Source: Thermodesulfobacteriota bacterium (lineage in GTDB: Bacteria; Desulfobacterota_D; UBA1144; Nemesobacterales; N074bin48). From it: a DNA stretch of 27,978 nucleotides. The notes beneath the pieces are model-generated. The model was not told where the DNA came from. It saw only the letters and a list, made by a program, of their open reading frames with translations, and made no database searches. Positions 24,273-27,978 of this stretch are shown in pieces. Made by a program: the position numbers and the translations under genes. The DNA is taken from contig JBFFSH010000031.1 of assembly GCA_041572575.1 (NCBI GenBank), positions 1 through 27,978 on the forward strand, in the 5' to 3' direction. Every line of letters begins with the position of its first letter. The first letter of the stretch is position 1.

Positions 24273-25097
24273 TTATTTTATTTCAAAATATATCTTTCCG
24301 AGTGATCCGAAATCACCCATGTAAAGGCCTGTCTGAGCTTTATTAATAGTTCCAAAAGCTCCTGTTAATAAAATGTGGCCGGATTTAATTTCATATCCCC
24401 TGGACAAGATATCATTTATTAACCATAAAAGCGCAGATCTTTGGTTTTCCATAACATTTGTACTTATACCCGAGCTTATCATTTTTCCGTCATGGAAAAG
24501 CTTTGTTTTGATATTATCTATATCTATTTGTTCTATACTATGCCGTTTGCCAAAAATATAATTTTTAGAACCTGCATTGGTTGAAATAATATCAATTACA
24601 TTAATTTTAGATAAATCTTTATACCCTACATCTGGCAACTCTACTACCGGATAAACTTTTGTTATTAAGCCGCCAAGCTCATTGTAAGATTCAATAGTTT
24701 GTATTATGTCATTATCTACAAGGTACCCAATCTCTGTTTCAATGAGCAGGTTTCTTGCATCGTCCAATTTTATTATATCAGGAGAATGCAACTTTCCTGA
24801 TTCAAACAGCACGCCTGCCACGGGTGTGGCAGCTGAAAACCTGGCCTGAGCTTTTTTAGAAGTGAGAGCAGCTTTATAACCTGCTATTTTATCATCTTTT
24901 TGTTTTAGATCTACATATGCTTTTTGGATTATATGAGATGAGCGAAGGTCAACAAATGGATAGTCTGTTGAAATATTTGGAAAGTGCAGGTTGTGTCTGT
25001 TTGCCCTAAAAACTCTATCAGCAACAATTGTATTCTGAGCGGTAGATTGAAGAGTTTGCAGTACTAACAGTAAGAGAATAAAGATAATACGCCGCAT
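24273..25097 (-). CDS. 2-keto-4-pentenoate hydratase-like (FAH superfamily) protein with signal peptide
   Basis: GYKAALTS, P..GVL, IETEIG, VELPD, ALLWL.N, G.ILLTGA; N-term MRR + hydrophobic core + STA-Q. Confidence 0.8.
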   Translation of the reverse strand: MRRIIFILLLLVLQTLQSTAQNTIVADRVFRANRHNLHFPNISTDYPFVDLRSSHIIQKAYVDLKQKDDKIAGYKAALTSKKAQARFSAATPVAGVLFESGKLHSPDIIKLDDARNLLIETEIGYLVDNDIIQTIESYNELGGLITKVYPVVELPDVGYKDLSKINVIDIISTNAGSKNYIFGKRHSIEQIDIDNIKTKLFHDGKMISSGISTNVMENQRSALLWLINDILSRGYEIKSGHILLTGAFGTINKAQTGLYMGDFGSLGKIYFEIK

Positions 25098-25152
25098 AAC
25101 GAAAATACTATTTTATTGTTATGGAAATGCCAAATAAATATTATAAAATAAT

Positions 25153-25470
25153 TTATTCATCACTCTTGTTTTCTATCTGTTTTTCAATAATCTCTGCATT
25201 CCTTTTGGCATCAACTACCGAGAGTATCCATAAAATAATATCAGCTATTGTGTAGGCTGCTACAATAAGCACTGTATTATTGTCAACAGCTATATCCCCT
25301 GCCTTCTTGGCTGCAAGCATCATTTCCATAGGCTCTTTTCTTAGTAAATTTATAACAAGCTTAAAACAAATATAAAATATGCCCTTGTTATATTGCCTGT
25401 TATATATTTGTCCAAACCCCGGAAACAGAGCAGATAGAATAATGGCAATATGTGTTCTTCTTATCTTCAT
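25153..25470 (-). CDS. Small membrane protein (DUF5683-like)
   Basis: A..LS.LFPG.GQ.YN....KG motif and a second TM ending W...DA. Confidence 0.7.
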   Translation of the reverse strand: MKIRRTHIAIILSALFPGFGQIYNRQYNKGIFYICFKLVINLLRKEPMEMMLAAKKAGDIAVDNNTVLIVAAYTIADIILWILSVVDAKRNAEIIEKQIENKSDE

Positions 25471-25519
25471 ATATTTGGTTTAAGACATCAATCAGTTAGA
25501 GATATGCTAATGTAGCAGA

Positions 25520-26302
25520 TTAATCGAGATTTTTGAGTTCATTAAGCTTACTTACAGGATCGTCGGACTTCATAAATGATTCTCCAATAAGAAAGGTCGT
25601 AATTCCACTTGATTTTAATTTTTGAATGTCCTTGGGACTTTTAATTCCACTTTCACTTATAACTAAAATATCGTCAGGGATAAGTTTTTTAAGATTAATC
25701 GAAGTTTGCATATCTACATTAAAGGTTTTAAGGTCTCTGTTGTTAATGCCTATTATCCTGCAATTTAGACCTAACGCTGTTTGCAGTTCCTGTTCGTTAT
25801 GAACTTCTACAAGGGTAGCAAGACCCAGGGATTCAGCGGTTGTTTTTAATCTTTGCAGATCATCAGGGCTTAGTGCTGCAACTATGAGCAGTATAGCATC
25901 AGCCCCGTAAAATTTTGCTTCATATATCTGATAGGGATCAATAATAAAGTCTTTTCTTAAAAGTGGTATATCTACAGCTCTTCTTACATTTTGTAGATCT
26001 TGTAAACTTCCCTTAAAAAATTTTGAGTCCGTAAGAACAGAAATTGCATTGGCTCCACCCTCAAGGTATGTGCCCGCTATTCTTACAGGGTCAAAGTCAC
26101 TGGTTAATATCCCTTTGGATGGAGATGCCTGTTTGATCTCTGCTATAATACGTATTTCTCCCTCTATGGAGTTTAATGCACTGTAAAAATCTTTAGGTTC
26201 AGGGCAGGTTTCTAGGTCTGCAAGAAGTTTATCAAGAGGAGCATCTTTTTTGGACTGCTCTACTTCGAGTATTTTATTTTCTATTATATCATCAAGAATC
26301 AT
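25520..26302 (-). CDS. trpC: Indole-3-glycerol phosphate synthase
   Basis: IAEIK.ASPSKG, ISVLTD..FF.GS, LRKDFI, LVEVH, GINNRDL, SESGI, LIGES.M. Confidence 0.97.
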   Translation of the reverse strand: MILDDIIENKILEVEQSKKDAPLDKLLADLETCPEPKDFYSALNSIEGEIRIIAEIKQASPSKGILTSDFDPVRIAGTYLEGGANAISVLTDSKFFKGSLQDLQNVRRAVDIPLLRKDFIIDPYQIYEAKFYGADAILLIVAALSPDDLQRLKTTAESLGLATLVEVHNEQELQTALGLNCRIIGINNRDLKTFNVDMQTSINLKKLIPDDILVISESGIKSPKDIQKLKSSGITTFLIGESFMKSDDPVSKLNELKNLD

Positions 26303-26330
26303 TTTAAATTAAATCTTATTAAACTTAATA

Positions 26331-27353
26331 TTAGTTCCATGTAGTAGTAAACTTAATTACTTTTTCCAATGCTTTAATGGCATTTCCGCTGTCGATAGAA
26401 TCCTGGGCTTTTTCAATGGCTTCTTTAAAATCTGCGGCTTTGTTTGCTACAAGTATTGATGCAGCAGAATTTAAAATGGATATTTCTCTTTTTGCTCCCT
26501 GTTCTTGCCCGTTTAGTATGGAAAGAGCAATTTTTGCGTTCTGTTCCAGGTCATCACCCTTTAGCTCATCAAGACTCCATGTTTTAAGACCGAGTTGCTG
26601 CGGATCAACCTGATATGTCTTTACTATTCCTTCGTTTAACTCGGCAACATCTGTTTTTCCGGTTACTGAAAATTCATCCAGGGAATCAGCTCCGTGAACA
26701 ACCATGGCTCTTTCATAGTCAAGATTTCTAAACACTTTGGCAAGAGGTTCAATGAGAGACTGAGAGTAGACACCCATTATCTGATGCTTAAGGCTCACTG
26801 GGTTTGTAAGAGGGCCTAAAATATTGAATATAGTTCTGATTCCCATCTCTTTTCTTGGCTTGCCAACGTTTTTCATGGCCGGATGGTAATTGGGAGCGAA
26901 TAAGAACGTAAACCCTGTCTCGTTAAGACATTTTTCTGCACCCTGAGAATTAATATTTATGTTAACACCAAGTTTTTCCAGGACATCAGCGCTTCCCACT
27001 TTACTCGAGACTGATCTGTTGCCATGCTTGGCTACTGCAACACCGGCACCAACGGTTATAAAGGAAGCTACAGTTGATATGTTAAAGGTCCCCTGCATGT
27101 CTCCACCCGTGCCGCAAAGGTCGACTACAACAGGGCGGTCAGACTTTATTTTTCTCGATTTTGATCTCATAACTTTAGCCGCACCCGTAATTTCACCAAT
27201 AGATTCACCTTTCATTCTAAGGCCGACTAAAAAAGCGCCGATCTGACTATCAGAAACAGATCCTTCCATGATCTTATCCATAACGCTTATCATTTCTTCC
27301 TCAGTAAGATCAACCCTTTCAACTACTTTTGCAATACCTTCATTTATTGTCAT
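26331..27353 (-). CDS. trpD: Anthranilate phosphoribosyltransferase
   Basis: CGTGGD..GTFNIST, KHGNRSVSS..GSADVLE, FLFAP.YHPAMK, RTIFN.LGPL.NP, LDE. Confidence 0.97.
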   Translation of the reverse strand: MTINEGIAKVVERVDLTEEEMISVMDKIMEGSVSDSQIGAFLVGLRMKGESIGEITGAAKVMRSKSRKIKSDRPVVVDLCGTGGDMQGTFNISTVASFITVGAGVAVAKHGNRSVSSKVGSADVLEKLGVNININSQGAEKCLNETGFTFLFAPNYHPAMKNVGKPRKEMGIRTIFNILGPLTNPVSLKHQIMGVYSQSLIEPLAKVFRNLDYERAMVVHGADSLDEFSVTGKTDVAELNEGIVKTYQVDPQQLGLKTWSLDELKGDDLEQNAKIALSILNGQEQGAKREISILNSAASILVANKAADFKEAIEKAQDSIDSGNAIKALEKVIKFTTTWN

Positions 27354-27789
27354 TTTTAACCCCTTTACTTACCGCTTTGTTAACATGATCTAATATACCA
27401 TTTATAAATGATCCTGAATCTTCAGTGCCAAATTTTTTTGCTATCTCTATAGCTTCATTAATTACTACTTTGCTTGGTACATCTTTCATAAACAGCAGTT
27501 CATAGACTGCAATCCTAAGGATGTTTCTATCAATACTTGATAACCTGCTGAATTTCCAGTTCTTGCAATTTGTTGAGATGATATCATCGAGTGTGTCGAG
27601 ATTTTCAAAAACACCTATATTTATTCTGTTTGAAAATTCGACTAACTCTTTATCCGGCGTTTTGTCTTTATTGTTCCAGTAAAGTTCTATCTGTTGCAGT
27701 ATATCGGATTTATTATATGAAGATTTTAGAAGATCAACCTGATATAAAAACTGAAGTGAATGTTCTCTTGCTCTCCGCCTTAAACCCAT
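27340..27789 (-). CDS. nusB: Transcription antitermination factor NusB
   Basis: RRRARE..LQ.LYQ, W...RL...DR.ILR.A.YEL, VVINEAIEIAKKFG...S..FINGILD. Confidence 0.96.
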   Translation of the reverse strand: MGLRRRAREHSLQFLYQVDLLKSSYNKSDILQQIELYWNNKDKTPDKELVEFSNRINIGVFENLDTLDDIISTNCKNWKFSRLSSIDRNILRIAVYELLFMKDVPSKVVINEAIEIAKKFGTEDSGSFINGILDHVNKAVSKGVKNDNK

Positions 27790-27823
27790 CTTTATATCAC
27801 TGAAGTTTGATGATTAATAATTT

Positions 27824-27978
27824 TTAAGAAAGAGAACTTACAAGATTTGCCATTTCAATTGCAGAGATTGCAGCTTCTGATCCACGGTTGCCTGCCTTAG
27901 ACCCTGCTCTTTCTATTGCCTGTTCCAAGTTTTCAGTAGTAATAATTCCTGAGGCTACAGGAATATCATGTTGAATGC
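27824..27978 (-). CDS. ribH: 6,7-dimethyl-8-ribityllumazine synthase, C-terminal part (truncated by window edge)
   Basis: Minus frame from 27976 reads [50 protein letters not shown]. Canonical ribH-nusB order. Confidence 0.93.
   Translation of the reverse strand, partial: IQHDIPVASGIITTENLEQAIERAGSKAGNRGSEAAISAIEMANLVSSLS

Noticed and set aside
1806..27803. Numerous 60-140 aa ORFs overlapping identified genes (for example 3307-3609, 7641-8054, 16002-16319, 18145-18573, 21856-22215, 26959-27246)
   Set aside because: Antisense or off-frame shadows of confidently identified genes, with no recognisable motifs.

Overview
AT-rich (roughly 38-40% GC by eye) chromosomal window from a diderm bacterium. 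Gene content (futalosine menaquinone pathway, sigma54 promoter, deltaproteobacteria-like housekeeping proteins) suggests a Desulfobacterota/Dadabacteria-like lineage; this is inference only. The left 2.1 kb is mobile-element derived: the 3' end and right terminus of an IS481-family element, a REP-like hairpin pair, a small ORF and a DnaB-N/AAA_25/wHTH helicase-like gene. Housekeeping blocks are lipoprotein-hisA-hisF-dgt-mqnA-mqnD, a minus-strand dapF-like/amidohydrolase/GGCT-fusion cluster, a sigma54/NtrC-type amt + porin operon, and ribH(partial)-nusB-trpD-trpC. The most unusual items are: (1) a secreted Pro-repeat/Cys-repeat protein split by one in-frame TAG; (2) a DapF homolog with both catalytic Cys replaced by Ser, next to an amidohydrolase and a GGCT + Zn-amidase fusion; (3) a YchF-like protein with the nucleotide-binding motifs deleted; (4) amt paired with a very acidic porin and no glnK, with twin CCTCCTTG motifs in the 3' UTR; (5) a stand-alone IS630-type HTH gene without a DDE domain; (6) a signal-peptide-bearing MhpD-like protein. 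No tRNA, rRNA or CRISPR array was seen. All family calls come from motif recognition by eye, not database searches.
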